From contig OX597817.1 in NCBI GenBank assembly GCA_951406725.2, forward strand, positions 83,080,001 to 83,144,000: DNA of 64,000 nucleotides, read 5' to 3'. Positions 14,625 through 28,539 of this stretch are shown here, piece by piece. Source of the stretch: Octopus vulgaris. Lineage: Eukaryota. The position numbers and the translations under genes are program-made. A model generated the notes under the pieces. It ran no database searches. It was given only the letters and a program-made list of their open reading frames with translations, and was not told where the DNA came from. Position 1 is the first letter of the stretch; each line of letters opens with the position of its first letter.

Positions 14625-15045
14625 TTCAGATTTGTTATATTTGTAAAATCTTTATAAATTTAACAAAATTAATAATTCACATGTCTCACACAGATTAGGG
14701 ATGTTTTAAACGATAACTTATCTACCTATTCATTCTTAATAGTTTTTAGCAGATTCGGACGTGGATATGTTGACTGCTACTGTTTATCGTCATCAGAGAA
14801 TACTCCCGCCGCTTAAAAGATGTGTGTTGCTAACATACGCCATAAACACACATCGTCTAAAGGTGGGTATTTACTGATGACGTAAAACAATAACGTTCAG
14901 CGTATTCACATTAGAATCAAACATAACGTATTAAGAGTGAATAGATACGTTATTGCATGGGTTGTCCCTGTTGTGCGGGCAATTTGAATCATGAATATCG
15001 TTAAGTTTATGAAAATATTACGAGTATAACAGAATATCTCGAAAA
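14625..15045. repeat. Old degenerate palindromic (foldback/MITE-like) element
   Basis: Nested inverted matches: tattcattcttaata/tattaagagtgaata, cgtcatcagagaatac/gtatttactgatgacg, gatgtgtgtt/aacacacatc. Confidence 0.6.
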
Positions 15046-15511
15046 TATTACTGAAAATATAATTTAATATATATTTTTAGCAATGGGTTTTAAAACTAAA
15101 TTACGCCATTATATAAATTAATTTAGAAATAATTGTTATCGTAAATGAATTTTAAGAGACGAATAAAGTATGAATCGAACTTATTATATGATTCCCAACT
15201 TTAACCCTTTTAGAGTCGAGTACGCCTTAGCGGCGGCTATTTCTTTCGTCCACGACTTGTTTCACAGTATAGCAGTTTCAAAAATATTATTTTCCTTAGC
15301 CTCGGACCAAATGTTACATATTGATTGAAGGTGGGTAGAATTTAAAAAGTTACAGCCTTGTGCCGCTCAGTGTCACATTGATTCAGCCTAAGAAATATTT
15401 CAAGGAGAGACATACCTCCACAATGTTCAACCATCTACATGTTTGTTAAGAAGATAATTTATTTGATAGAACAGGTGAATTATCATCGTTGAATCACGGA
15501 GATCTATCATA

Positions 15512-15733
15512 TACTCTTTTACTCTTCTACTTGTTTCAGTCATGTGACTGTGGCCAAGCTGGAACACCGCCTTTACTCGAGCAGATCGACCCCGGGACTT
15601 ATTCTTTGTAAGCCTAGTACTTATTCTATCGGTGTCATTTGCCAACCGCTAAATTACGGGGATGTAAACACACCAGCATCGGTTGTCAAGCGATGTTGGT
15701 GGGGAGGGGTCAAACACAGACACACAAACATAT

Positions 15734-15794
<61 letters not shown>

Positions 15795-15894
15795 TACGAC
15801 GGGCTTCTTTCTGTTTCCGTCTACCAAATCCACTCGAACCGGGAACCATGCTGTTTGTAAGCAAGCTACTTACCACACAACCACTCCTACGCCT
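15512..15894 (-). mobile_element. SINE family A
   Basis: Reverse complement of the family A head, body and tail. Confidence 0.85.
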
Positions 15895-16238
15895 ATATTT
15901 ATCACATTTAAAAAAATTTTCTTTTAATGAAATATAATTTTTGAGAAGTAATTAAAAGCTATTTTAATTGCATGCAATAAGATATATTGTCGAAAAATAG
16001 ATTTAAATTTAATTAAAACTATTGAAATTAGAATACTAATTTAATGATATCACAAAATTAAACTAAACAAATTTCGGATTATTAATTCAGAACGAAAGTC
16101 TTTATTGGAATGAATCAGAAGAAACAAAGCATAAAAAAGAAAAGATATATCTTGTTTGATACTCAATATTTTTGATTTTGTGGGACCACTTGGATAAGAT
16201 AAGTCACTAGGTAGGACAACCATTCGTTGGCTATATAC

Positions 16239-16645
16239 ACGAGGGTAAGTGAAAAATTATAGCACCCTTTTGTGATGTATTAAATCAAAAGCAGGGGTTG
16301 AACCATTACATCATTTTTCGACTTCGTCTCCTTGCTTTTCGATGCACTTCTTCCACCAGTTCACCAGCTTGTTTACTCTATCGAAAAACCGGTTTTCCGC
16401 TGGTTGCGCAATCATTTATGCGCCGCTTCCTACGCTTCTTCCACCGTAGCAAATCGACGACAATGTAAACGATGTTTGAGCGCTCTGAAAAGGTGGTTGT
16501 CGGAAAAGACGAGATCGAGACTGCATGCAAGTTTTTCGAGTAACCCAAAATCCAACTTTTCAATGGTTTCAACGATGGGGGTGGCCATAACTGGGCGTTC
16601 ATTGTCGTGCAACAATAACATTTACTTTGACAATGCCTCGGTTGA
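16239..16645 (-). mobile_element. Mariner transposase 3' fragment with one TIR
   Basis: LLLHDNERP...DLVFSDNHLFRALKHRL..RRF, ending in a CGAGGGTAAGTGAAAAATTAT terminus. Confidence 0.75.
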
Positions 16646-16650
16646 GAGGA

Positions 16651-17220
16651 AGATAATATTTCTGGTCAGTTGAGAGACATAGTAGTTCTAGAACTACTTG
16701 AACTACAATATATCACTCAACTGACCAGAAACATTATCTCCCACTCCCTTCTGCTTCTTTACTATTTCTTAATTTGACACCATTCCTACATCTTCTTTCT
16801 CTTTGAATCTGTTTAAATGTATTTTCAAAGTGTCACAATTTATTTACTTCTTTATTTTATAGTAGGCCCGTAAATAACATCAGCTTAAGTTCACAAACAC
16901 ATTCCCTTAGGTTGCTTCAATAATACCAAATTTTCCCCTACACATCCCCCTATCGCTTTCCTTCTCGTATTCTTTTCATTTACCCACTCCCTCACTAATA
17001 TGCTTTAAAATCTGGATGCTTTCCACTCATTTCCTGTCGAAACTCCTGCGAATCAACATGGGATCCTTTGACGACATTGTTAACTTCTTTCGATTAAGGT
17101 ATCTTTCACCCGATGAGTAGTTAGCGGATTACCTCTTGTTTGGATAATTACTAATTCCGAGGTTCTGCTAGCTATGAAACATATATAGCCTGGATTTTAT
17201 CTACCCCATTCCCTATTTTG
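16651..17220 (+). mobile_element. PLE 3'-end fragment with 5' inversion (16651-16740) and decayed hammerhead (17107-17190)
   Basis: Inverted repeat gataatatttctggtcagttgag / ctcaactgaccagaaacattatc. CCGATGA-gtagttagcgga...tctgctagctat-GAAAC. Confidence 0.6.
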
Positions 17221-18045
17221 GATTTCTCTTCGCATACACAGCAACTCCTGCTGCTAACCGTAAACTATAAAGCAATTTATTCAGCTTATCGAACTTCGAT
17301 ACAGGTAAAACGTACAATCTACTACGTCAATAATCTATTGTTCGCAAAAGTTGTTTTTCTACCTTCTACGGACAACTCGAAGCTTACTATCTTCCTACAC
17401 CTTGATCCTTAATCATAAAAAGCTCCTAATGTATCATTCTACAAAACACACAGAGTATATAGTATCAGGTATGAGAAGTCTGTATAAAGTTATAGACTCT
17501 TAGAGAGTATACGAAGTTTATAAATAGCAGCAATAATATAGTATGATAAAATTAATTTAAACATTGGTTAAATATAATCTTTTTCGATATAATTATGTAT
17601 ATGTATATAAATGTTTGTGTTTTTGTGTGTGCGTGTGTCTATATGTGAATGTGTGTGTGTGTGTGTGATTTGTGTGCGTGTGTGTATGAATATGTACGTA
17701 TGAAGCGAAGACTTCCCTTCCATATTTATTCTGTATAAGTTCAGTCACATTCGAACACAAACATGCTAATCGCTATTGTGTACGTAACAAAATTATCTTC
17801 GTGACGATAATGCCTTCATAATATACTCGACTCTCTGGTGCACAGGATTCCGGAACGAAATCCCGAAAATAATATGTCGAATGTTGTGTCTTGCCAGCCA
17901 GAAGCACCTAAATTTTGAAATAATGAAGAGCAGATGGTCTCGTTTGTAATTTCAGTGAACAATTGTTCGCTAATTAGAGTTGGTATCTGACAACTGATCA
18001 TAAATCATTATTTGCATTAAGAACAGCGATTTATAAAGAGTTGGC

Positions 18046-18130
18046 AGATATCTGCACAAATATGAAATATCAGCACTGATATCAGATACAAACACAGATA
18101 TCAGATATCAGCACAGATATCAAATATCAG
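18046..18130. repeat. Imperfect minisatellite (AGATATC / AGATATCAGCAC units)
   Basis: Repeated gatatcag/aatatcag words. Confidence 0.6.
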
Positions 18131-18390
18131 CTGCGATTAGATAACATTTTGTTCCCTGAAATTATGAACAAAGCCACCGGCTCTGGTTTAAGAGACAAAA
18201 GTCCTGTTAAGAAATATTTTCAAATACTGTTGTTCCAAAATTTTTTGTACCAATGAGTCGTGTGTGTTTTCATAAAAAGGTGAAGTTGTTCCACTGTGGT
18301 GTACAAAACAGCGATTAACATATTTGCGTTCGAATCTACCGGGAGTTAAGTATAGATATGCATTTCATTTAAGATCACCATTTAAGATTT

Positions 18391-18820
18391 TCAATAGCCC
18401 CATTAAGAATGTTTTTTTTTTTTTCAATTACAATTTTTTAGGAACTACTAAAAGTTCTTAAGTAGCATTCAACTAAAATTCCTTTTTTGTTCATCGCTTT
18501 CATACGAATTGGCACACTGTAATTCATTGATAAAAACACCACAAGGCTGGTCTTCTGGAAGTTTCAAACAAAGAAAGTTCAGTTGGTACCATTATGGTAG
18601 GGTTCAGGTTTAGAGGAGGGTACAGGGATATTTTCCGGAGAGTGGGGTAATCTTCCTAAGTAATTATTTTACTTGGTAGGGTAGCATAACATAAAAAAAT
18701 TCTTCTTGACAAGTGACTACATAGCGCATATGGTATGAAATGTCATATATACCCTCTTCATACAGATATGGGTGTATTTCAAAACTTGTAACTGACAAAA
18801 CATTTTAATGGGACTATTGA
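18391..18820. mobile_element. MITE with 4-bp ATTT TSD (Sola1-like)
   Basis: TIRs TCAATAGCCCCATTAAGAATGTTT..TCAATTACAATTTT / AAAACTTGTAACTGA..AAACATTTTAATGGGACTATTGA. ATTT at 18387-18390 and 18821-18824. Confidence 0.65.
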
Positions 18821-21800
18821 ATTTTTATTATTTTTTGCTAGGAGTTAGCCTAAACTTTATTATTTGAGTTAATTTTTTAATCATAGAGTAGCTAATAAAA
18901 ACTATTTTAGTTTTTAAATATCAATATATGTTTTAAATTTTAACTATAGCTGCAATATTTTACGTATAAATATGTTTGTCCAATACTTTTCCAGGTATTA
19001 ATTTGTCCTGTACTTTTCCATGTTCAATAAGTTAAAAATATTAATTTCCATATGTCCGCATTTTTCATTGTAATCCACTTTTTTCTAGGCTATGCAATTA
19101 AACTAAAAAATAGCGACAATTAACAATTGATAATTTTACTTGATTTAAATATTTTCATTTTATTTAATAATTTTGTTAAATAATTTTTCAATTATTTTTC
19201 ATGTTTGATGACTGAATTAAAATAGGGATAATCTAAATAAAAAAATTAATTGAAAGAGCACTTTAGTTACACTGGCTTATGTTAAAATTGAAAATTGTAA
19301 CTAAGATTAGAAATTGAGCGAATGCATCCACCCTGCGACATGTGGAGCTATGCTCTAATAGCAGGGCCACAGTCATTGAAACTGAAAAGTTAATTAATTA
19401 TGAGAAATATAATTGTAAGTTTAATCGAGTATTGAATTATTAATTAGTAACTAAAAGAAGTAAAAAATGCACTTATTTGATTCAAACCATTTATTTATTT
19501 ATTTATTTTTTAACATGCATGTGCACCCTTTTTTGTTTTTTTAATTTTAATTTTCTGGGGGTTAAATTTTTTTAAAAATTGGGTTATATATTTTATAATT
19601 ATGATAATAAGAAATAAATTGCAATATAACTGTCAAATAGAAATGAGCTTTTTGGATTAGTAGGTTTCAAATTCAATTTGAAGTATTTTTTATTCACTTA
19701 AATTCAGAAAACTGATGCAAAAACGAAATTAGAGCTAATTTCTCCAAATAATGTTTAGATCTAATATTTTTTGACTAGATTTTGATGTATTAAGACAAGA
19801 AGTATGAATATCTATACAGCAACATATCTGGATTAAAGAAAAAAGGAGGGTGAAGATTAAGAAGAAAGTTAAAAGAGAAAAGGAATAATTTAACTATTGA
19901 GATATGTTCCAGGCTAGATTTTGGCAGAGAAGAATGACCTGGTAATCTGAGGTGTTTGCCCAATAAATGACAAGTTTTCCACTTCCCCCATAAATGTATG
20001 TTTACACCTCAGACACCCCTCCTTTATTATTATTATATATCACCCATGTACCATTCAAATCTGCATGTCCAAAAGAAAAAACATTCAATTTTTATAACAA
20101 ATACTATCATTAAAGTATTATATGGTTGCATAATTATTGTGCAAAAAAGGAAATCATAAACGTTGAAAGGGCAACAACTACTGATATTACCCATCCACAC
20201 TAAATTAATGGCAGAGAATTTGACCATCTTGAAGATAGCACCGTGTCTCGCCAATCGGTTACAACCAACAGGACCCGAAAATCATCAGTTACCAGGCTCA
20301 CCTTGAGTATCCTAGATTTTCAATTGGTGATAATAGGAATAACTGCTGTTGATTTAGATCTATCAATAATAATTCCGGATATGCTGTTATTTCTAACATT
20401 TGAAGTGTCTCCAAATAGGCTTTACTCTTATAGCAGCGGAGAAAAAGATAAAGAAAGAGAGAAGTATTTCTTTGATGCAAAGGAGACAACTGTGTATTCA
20501 AAACATCAATCGATAAAGCATCACATACATTTTTGTCAGTTTTTCCTTCCTAGCTTTTTTTTCTACAATATTTTATTGCATAAAATTAGCAGTTTTAGAT
20601 TCCTCTCGTTTTGATGTATCATTTGAGCGTAAATATAGACTGCTTTTAAATCAAGAAAGACTTTTGATGTCAAAATGGATTGGAGGCGTTACTTACTTTT
20701 TTCGGCACTTTTGGCATCAGGGATTCTTTATATTAAAGATTCTTTTGATAAAATTGACATTTTAAGATTCCTCTCGTTTTGTTCTATCATTTAAGCTTAA
20801 AATAAAATATAATTTGCTTTAAAAATTAGAAAGTTACTTTGATTCAAAGTCGATCTTTTGCCTTACTCTCGCATTTGGGCCTCACATATTTTAAAGCCAC
20901 TTTTTCACCACTGAACCAAATTTCAATATTTTTTATACCTTTTGGTATAGAAATATTGAAATTTGTGGCATGACTATTATAGAACTATTGACAGTTTGAT
21001 TCAGAAATGAGTTAATTACAAAGCTTTAAAGAGACTGCGACTGAGTAAATGTTGGCCTTAAGAATATTATTCAACCACTATCGTGGTTGAATGATTGATC
21101 AGCTAAAGACTTACACATTTTGTTTTAAATAAGTTCGCACTCTTTGGCAATTAGTGCTCTAATTAAAAAATAAACTAACACATCGATGTATATTCTGCAA
21201 CCATGACTTCTTGCAGCTGTTGTTAAATCTAAATATAATGCGGAGTCATTATGTTGTGGTTGACGTAGTCGCAGAGGAATAAAACACAAAGTCAAGTTCA
21301 GTCTTAAATTGAGCCTTAAATTCTAGAAGATGGCCATTTTCATGGTTATGTACGGTTACTGTTAGCTGAGTGCTTGCTAACTCCAATTCGTATCACCCTC
21401 TACCACCACAGCCATCTTAGAAAATTGACTTATTTCATAATGTATTGTGTTTCATTCTAATCGGGTAAATGTGGGACGTTAACTTCTGGAATGCTTTTGA
21501 TGATAGCAATGACAATGACGGCGCCAATTCAGTCAAATTATTTTTCACTTTACATCATGGGAGATTTTGAAACAAAACCACACCGTTACTCTTTTCATTG
21601 AACCAATATTTGGCAATTTTCCATCGGGAAAATGTTTCAATTTTGATTCACGATAGATACAAACAGTTGTGTACGCTTCCTTTATATTTTATACAAGAAT
21701 AAATTACTTATTATCAAGCAATGTAATCTTAATTTTCTACATTTGAGAATTTTGGATTCAGACTCTGTCTGAAAAGCTAATTTAATTAAGGCCTAATTTC

Positions 21801-21864
21801 ATACTGATCTTACCTGATATATCTCAATGTTTCATGGCTTTCTATCCCCCTCCTCCTCATTGCG

Positions 21865-22015
21865 TTCTTCTTCTTCTTCTTCTTCTTCTTCTTCTTCTTC
21901 TTCTTCTTCTTCTTCTTCTTCTTCTTCTTCTTCTTCTTCTTCTTCTTCTTCTTCTTCTTCTTCTTCTTCTTCTTCTTCTTCTTCTTCTTCTTCTTCTTCT
22001 TCGTCGTCGTCGTCG
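21865..22015. repeat. (TTC)n(GTC)n microsatellite
   Basis: Direct reading. Confidence 0.95.
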
Positions 22016-22214
22016 TCTCGTCGCATTTTCAAGTAAACATCTGTTGCACCAGTAGATATACATCCCTATTTCTGAAACGTGTGTGTGTGTGTGTGTGCGC
22101 GCGCGCGTGTGTGCGTGTAAGTGTGTGTGTGTGTGAGTTTGCTTTTTGCATGTATACGCGCACGCATGTACACAACACTATCTCTTCTGGAAAAAATGTG
22201 CATATAGTCTAGAT

Positions 22215-23410
22215 CAGTGGTTCCCAAAATTTTTCAGCCCAGGGACCATTTTTTTACTTGAAAAAGTTTCTGGGGACCACTTCTACTTTTACTTTCTGCT
22301 GTTCTATTTTCACACTAATATACTTAAGGAAAAGACAAAATAGTCTATTTTCACTTTAAGATTTATTTTAGCAAACAAAAAATAAAATTTTAAATTTATT
22401 TTACTAAACAAAGATAAACACAAGCTATCAAAATCCTTTTTCATAAAGTCGTTCATTTTCAGTCCATTCAGCAAGTGACTAGCTTGATATTGGTGTTCCT
22501 GACACAAGATAAGATCAATTTTAATTAACTCATCTAGTTTCAGTCTGATAGTTCCTCTGCTGTTGACATCTAATTTATTTCTTTTTCTAATTAACCTATC
22601 TACAACATGTGGTAGGAAAAGAAATGATGCTTGCTTCAACATGTCGAAAAATATATGGGTGTCATTCCTTTATCGATATGTTATCAGTTTCATATTCTCT
22701 TTCAAATCCAACATTATAGCCAACTCAAAATTTTCCTCTCCTGGCTCATAATTTTCTAGGTCTACAAACCAGAGTGGATAATCCATCTTAAATAAATCAT
22801 TGTATCTTCTTTCAAAGTCTACATGAAGACTTTCAAGATGGGTAGTGCATGCAGCAATGCATTCTGATGTAGGAACAGTGATGTTAAAATTCTGAAATGA
22901 TGCCAATTTTTTTCAAACTGTTTTTTCCAAAATTTAAATTTCCCCATATACCCATTTATCTTCTGAGAACTGCTCTAAGTAAAGCAGATTCACTGTTTTA
23001 AAAATATCACTCAAGTAGAATATTTTATGATTTAAACTCAGAAAGTCTTTCCAAAATTTTCTTAGCTGTATCAGCTTGCTTCTTGGAGTTGTAATGAGTT
23101 ATCTGACTCTTGAACATAAGAAAGTTTATTAATGGTTACCACAAATTCCACTCGTTTTCAAGGCTCAGGTCTTTTGACAACCATCTTACTTCTGTGTGAA
23201 GCAAGAGGGTTTTAAAATCTTCATCTTCACAAAATTGCATAAACAATCTATTAGTCACTGAGTTTGATTTGACAAAGTTAATTGCATGTATGGCAGTATT
23301 GAGTGCTTCTTCCGTGTGTCCTCAATGCTGTCTGCGGATAATGCAATGTATATTAAAAATGTGAAGGCTGCAGCTCCATTTGATGCAATGTTAATTAAAT
23401 TAGTCAATGG
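22215..23410 (-). mobile_element. hAT Charlie/Buster-type transposon remnant (3' half)
   Basis: TIR CAGTGGTTCCCAA preceded by gtctagat. Minus strand AINFVKSNSVTNRLFMQFCEDEDFKTLLLHTEVRWLSK, HLESLHVDFERRYNDL, KRNKLDVNSRGTIRLKL...QYQASH. Confidence 0.85.
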
Positions 23411-23457
23411 AAAATCTTAATAAGAATTATTATTATTGTTGTTGTTGTATTTGTTAA

Positions 23458-23672
23458 GACGGTGAGCTGGCCGAATCATTAGAATGCCGGGCAAAATGCT
23501 GAGCGACATTTCGTCCGTCTTTACGTTCTGAGTGAATACTCCGCCGATGTCGATTTTGCTTTTAATCGTTTCGGTGTTGATAAATTAAATACCAGTGAAA
23601 CATTGGAATCGATGCAACAGACGAGTCCCGCCCCCAAAATTTTAGGTTTTGTACTGTCAGTAGAAAGGATTA
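23458..23672 (+). mobile_element. SINE family B
   Basis: gacggtgagctggccgaatc...gtagaaaggattatcatt tail. Confidence 0.8.
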
Positions 23673-24409
23673 TCATTATTATTATTATTGTTGTTGTTGC
23701 TGTCGTTATCTTTTCAATATGTTTTTATCATGCTGCCAGTACACCTTATTTGTCCGAGACATGTAAAACTTTGGTTTGGGGGGAATTGTATTTGTACACC
23801 ACATCATCGGGTTTGATTTCTTGTAGGATTTGTATTATTTATTTCTTTTGTTATTTTTTTCCTCTTGTGTAGAGTATTTGCAATGTAAAGTACTACTATT
23901 TTGGGAAGTCATTTTATTTTGTATATTTTGTACGATTAGTGTCTTGTGTTTTAGCGTCGGAGAATGTTTGCGAAGAGAATTTACTATATGTAACTATGTA
24001 GTCTATTGTGCATGTTAATTCGATTGCGTTTTCTCCATATTTACTCCTAGGATGCTCAGGTTTTCGTTGATGATGATGTATCTTCCAGTTTATAATCTTT
24101 TAAAATTTCTGATGTTGATTTCTAATTTCACTCTAAACTGACAGTTAGCTCAGTCGTTACGTTCGAGTTGTGTTCTCTGCAAACAGAAGCCTATCTTCAT
24201 TCCTTTCATGTTTGTATCTATTTGTACTCGTTTCCCATTATTCTTCACACGATACATTAGTTAGTCTACTGTTAGTATTTTTTGTTTCAAGGAAAATATA
24301 ATATTTGCGAATCGAATCTGAGGTGGTATTTTGTTTAATGCAGTGATTTATTTGGTGTCCTTGTCTAATCTTGGTAAATAACAGTTTCCAGGCGAAGATA
24401 TTATAACTT

Positions 24410-24638
24410 AACCCTTTCTACTACAGTCACAATGCCTGAAATATTAGGCGAGGGGCATTGTAGATTACATCATCCTCACTGCTCAACTGGTACTTATGTT
24501 ATCGACGGCGAAAGGATGAAAATGGATAAAAAAAGCAAAATCGACCTCGGTGGAATGTAATCTCAGAACGTAAAGCCGGATGAAAGGACACTAAGCATTT
24601 TGTTTCGCGTGCTAACGATTCTTCCAGCACTTCGCTTT
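24410..24638 (-). mobile_element. SINE family B
   Basis: ccctttctactacag...ctggtactta...gaaaggatgaaa...tctcagaacgtaaag. Confidence 0.75.
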
Positions 24639-25746
24639 ACAACTTGTAACTTAATATTTAAAAGCATATGCGCTTTTGCAGTATGCCTTTTAATCTTTTG
24701 CTTCTTTCTTCAGGCAAATATTTATCAACTAATGATTGCACATTAATATGGATTTCTATATTGTAGACAGGTAGATTATGCGTTTGCAGTTTGGGATTGG
24801 GCATTAACATGAATACTATGGTATTGTTTCTGGCTCTTTAAAGATCATTAAATAAGTTCCCAACACTGTCTGTACTTATTAAACGTGCAAACCATATGTA
24901 TGAAACTATAAACATTTCTTTTGTTTTCCAGGTGTTATTCTTCACGATTGTTAATCCGATATGCTTGTTATTTGTAAATTTATCTTACATCAATATGGCT
25001 TCTATGCTAAAACGCTGCGATGAAATTCTTCTAGGTTCTCTGCTGATGGCGCTGAATTGTTTTTTGTCTTCTTCTACCTAGTTCTTCATAGAATCGCTTG
25101 CATTGTCCGGATAATTCATTTTCAGTTATATCAGACTTAGTCGGGTTCAGTACCATTGCGTTTATTTCCGGGAAAACAGTCTGGATATTTTCTAATAATA
25201 ATAATAATTTTCCTGCAGAATTACTAGATATTTGATCTCAAACACGTTTTCCATTGCTTTTACTTAATATTTATTTCGTTTTTCTGTGTTATACTTCCTA
25301 GTGCAATACATTATTTTAGCCTTAAGCTTTTGTGAGCGGTTCCTTCAGTTTCTCAGCCAGCATGTAAGTATATGAACGAATATAGAAATGTTCAATAACA
25401 GGGCATTTTTAACTCCGAGTACTATATTTATGTATATAAAAACAGTTTATTGATTTCTGATTACATGGCACGAAATCACTTTCGGTTAAAAGCAGAAAAG
25501 TATAGTATATCAATACTTATTTAATCGACTGCCGAAAGATAAAAGTGAAACTAAATCAAGGTGGAATTTGACCTAAAAATATGAAGGATAAGGTATTTAG
25601 CGTTACGAATAAAATACATTAAGCAGTAATAACAAGACTTATCTTCAGAATAAACTAATAATATTTATCTAAATACGATATTCCTATATCAAGATACACT
25701 TTCATATATATATATACATTCACATTTACCACAGGCACACACACAC

Positions 25747-25797
<51 letters not shown>

Positions 25798-27616
25798 CAC
25801 ACCAAACACACATATATATATGGTAGTTAAAGATGTTTATTATACAATTGAAACTAAAAAGTAGTTTGTTATATGTGCATTAAATAACTATTACTATGAC
25901 GTTAGTTATAGGCTATCAATCTCCAGCTTAATAGTTGTAGGTTAAAAGCCTATTACTTACAAGCTGTTAGTTTATAACCAATAAACCGTATACACATATG
26001 AATATTAGGAACAAATACTTCAATTAAATATAAAGGAAATCATCACTATCATCGTTATCAACATCAAGATCGTAATATACAATGACAGGTGTCTTTGAGG
26101 CAATCCAAGACTACATTCTATAAACACTAAGGCAAATTGTTCAAAAAGATTTTTCGTTTTAATATGTAAATGCCATATTCTAAATTGTCATCACATATTC
26201 AGTTAATATTTGAATTGATATTGATGTATACTGATTTATGACTATATAGAATGGCTTTAAAACATTTTGATCGACTTTCAAACGCTATCTTTATGAACTT
26301 ACCTGACATTTAATATATTTCTTTCGTTCTAACATATATAGATGAATAAATTTAACGAATGTTAAGCTAATTTCTTGTTCTTATGAAATTCTGTATCATG
26401 CCGTGAAATATATATATGTATGATTCACAGTGTTATGCATGTCCAATATTATTTGCCATAAATATTTATCTTCATCAAAATTTCTCACCATTTCTTAGAT
26501 CCAACTGATTATATCCAACCTTTAAATACTGAAGCAGAATCAATTCACAGCCAGCTTATGATTAATTAATTCTTCACTGGACATTATTTGAAATATGAAT
26601 TAAATACATCGGATCGCAGCTATGACTTCTGACCTATTCTTGACTTCCAACATGACTTCGCAATGCACAAGCCATAAATATGGTGAAATTATTGTTTTCA
26701 TATGAAAGCTAAGCGTTAACATTGGATATGAAGTCAATTATTTCGAAATGAAGTTTCTTTTCTCAAAGACCGTAACGTGTCCTCTCTCTACCATACACAT
26801 CTTGCTAATGCTGATACGGTTTCAAAGAATGGGTTATTAATTAGTTTACAAATTCGAATTTTTAAATCTTGTTTGTCTTTGCATCTTTTCCTGTAAGTCG
26901 TTCAGCAAAAATTAACTAAATAAATAAAAATCAACAAAATATGATTCTATTTTGTGCATCCACCGTATTCTTTTCTCTCACTGCTACGCCTTTTTTCTTC
27001 ACTGTATCATTTTTCTCTATACCATGCATGGATTGTTTTCCATCGTAAAATTTTTGCACATAAAATAACTTTAATTACCTCCTAAACCATCACTCTATTT
27101 CTTCGTAGCATTTTCCATACCAAAGAATAAAACAACAATCACTCTCCAACTCAGAAAATTACGTCTCATTCTCTGGTAATGTTATTGCAAACAAATGCTA
27201 ATATATTTTGTAATCAAACAAGCGGTTTTTATCTAAATTTTATTTCAACAAAATAAATCTATTTCATTTGAAATGAAGAAAATGTCCAATAGCACATTTT
27301 AAAATCACTAAATGTAATTTTTATTGAATGAAGGCAGATGTGATTGTCATAATGAACGCTAATATAACAGAAATGGTCCAGTTTCTCTCCCAAATTTCCT
27401 CCTTGCTGTGTCAATTATCTCATTTAAGTGATGCCCAGAAATCATACTTTCCTCCCCCACCTACGTTGTACGTTATTTTACTGTGGTTAACATGCCTAGA
27501 AATGTCGATTGTCATTTCAGAAATAGCAACTAGATTCTGGTTATTAATAATCTTTCCTTCAAGGAAAAGACAATTTCCGTATTTCCATGCCAATGATATT
27601 TTAAGAGATTATACAT

Positions 27617-27662
<46 letters not shown>

Positions 27663-28539
27663 CTGTGTGTGAGCGTATGTAGTCCGTGCTTACCACACTG
27701 ATTTTGTTTAATGTGTATTATATGCAACCAACTAGATATAAAAATATACACGCAATATTTCGTAAAATTCCATTATCTCTTAATGGTTTGAGTCTTGTCA
27801 TGTAACTGCAATAGAAAACTTTTTATCATATCCGCTCCAGTACATACGTTAGTCTACTAAATATTTCAACTATCTTTGCTTATCGAGTAGAAGGGATGCA
27901 TACTGGGTGTAAAGGGACAGAACTAGACGCATATTTTTCACATCAACATACACAGGGACATACAAATGCGAATGCACGATTTGATCATAAGCATACACTT
28001 ACATACACAAGCACACACACATACACGCACGCACACACACACTCACACGTGTAAAAAACAATCTTCCACACAATTTCGAGCAACCAAATTCCGTTTTGAT
28101 AGCATTGGTTAACACAAAGCACAGTAGAAGATGTTTACTTAAAGTGACGATCAGTAGAAGCTACCTCAAAAGCAGATGGTTTCAAATAGAGACGCTAATT
28201 AATGCATGTTGTTTAAATATACATACATACACACGTACGTACGTATATACGTACATACATACAGACATACGTATGTACATACATACGTAAATATATAAAC
28301 AAACATGTATAAATATAGAAAGATATATATGTATATGTATATATACAAGTATATTGTATATGTATATATATTTATACATTATGTGTATGTACGTGTATAT
28401 ATATATGTGTGTGTGTATGCATATATGCCTGTATAGCAAAAAAATATATAAAAAATAAAAGAAGGAAAATGCACATACAAATTCGTAATATATTTTATAT
28501 ATCACGCTTTTGCTGATCATGACATTGAAATTATTGTAA

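Noticed and set aside
15200-15340. TTAACCCT piggyBac/Helentron-like end
   Set aside because: No matching second terminus found.
23700-25250. Possible decayed LINE on the minus strand (similarly 61500-62400)
   Set aside because: Strand-biased composition only; no motif I can support.
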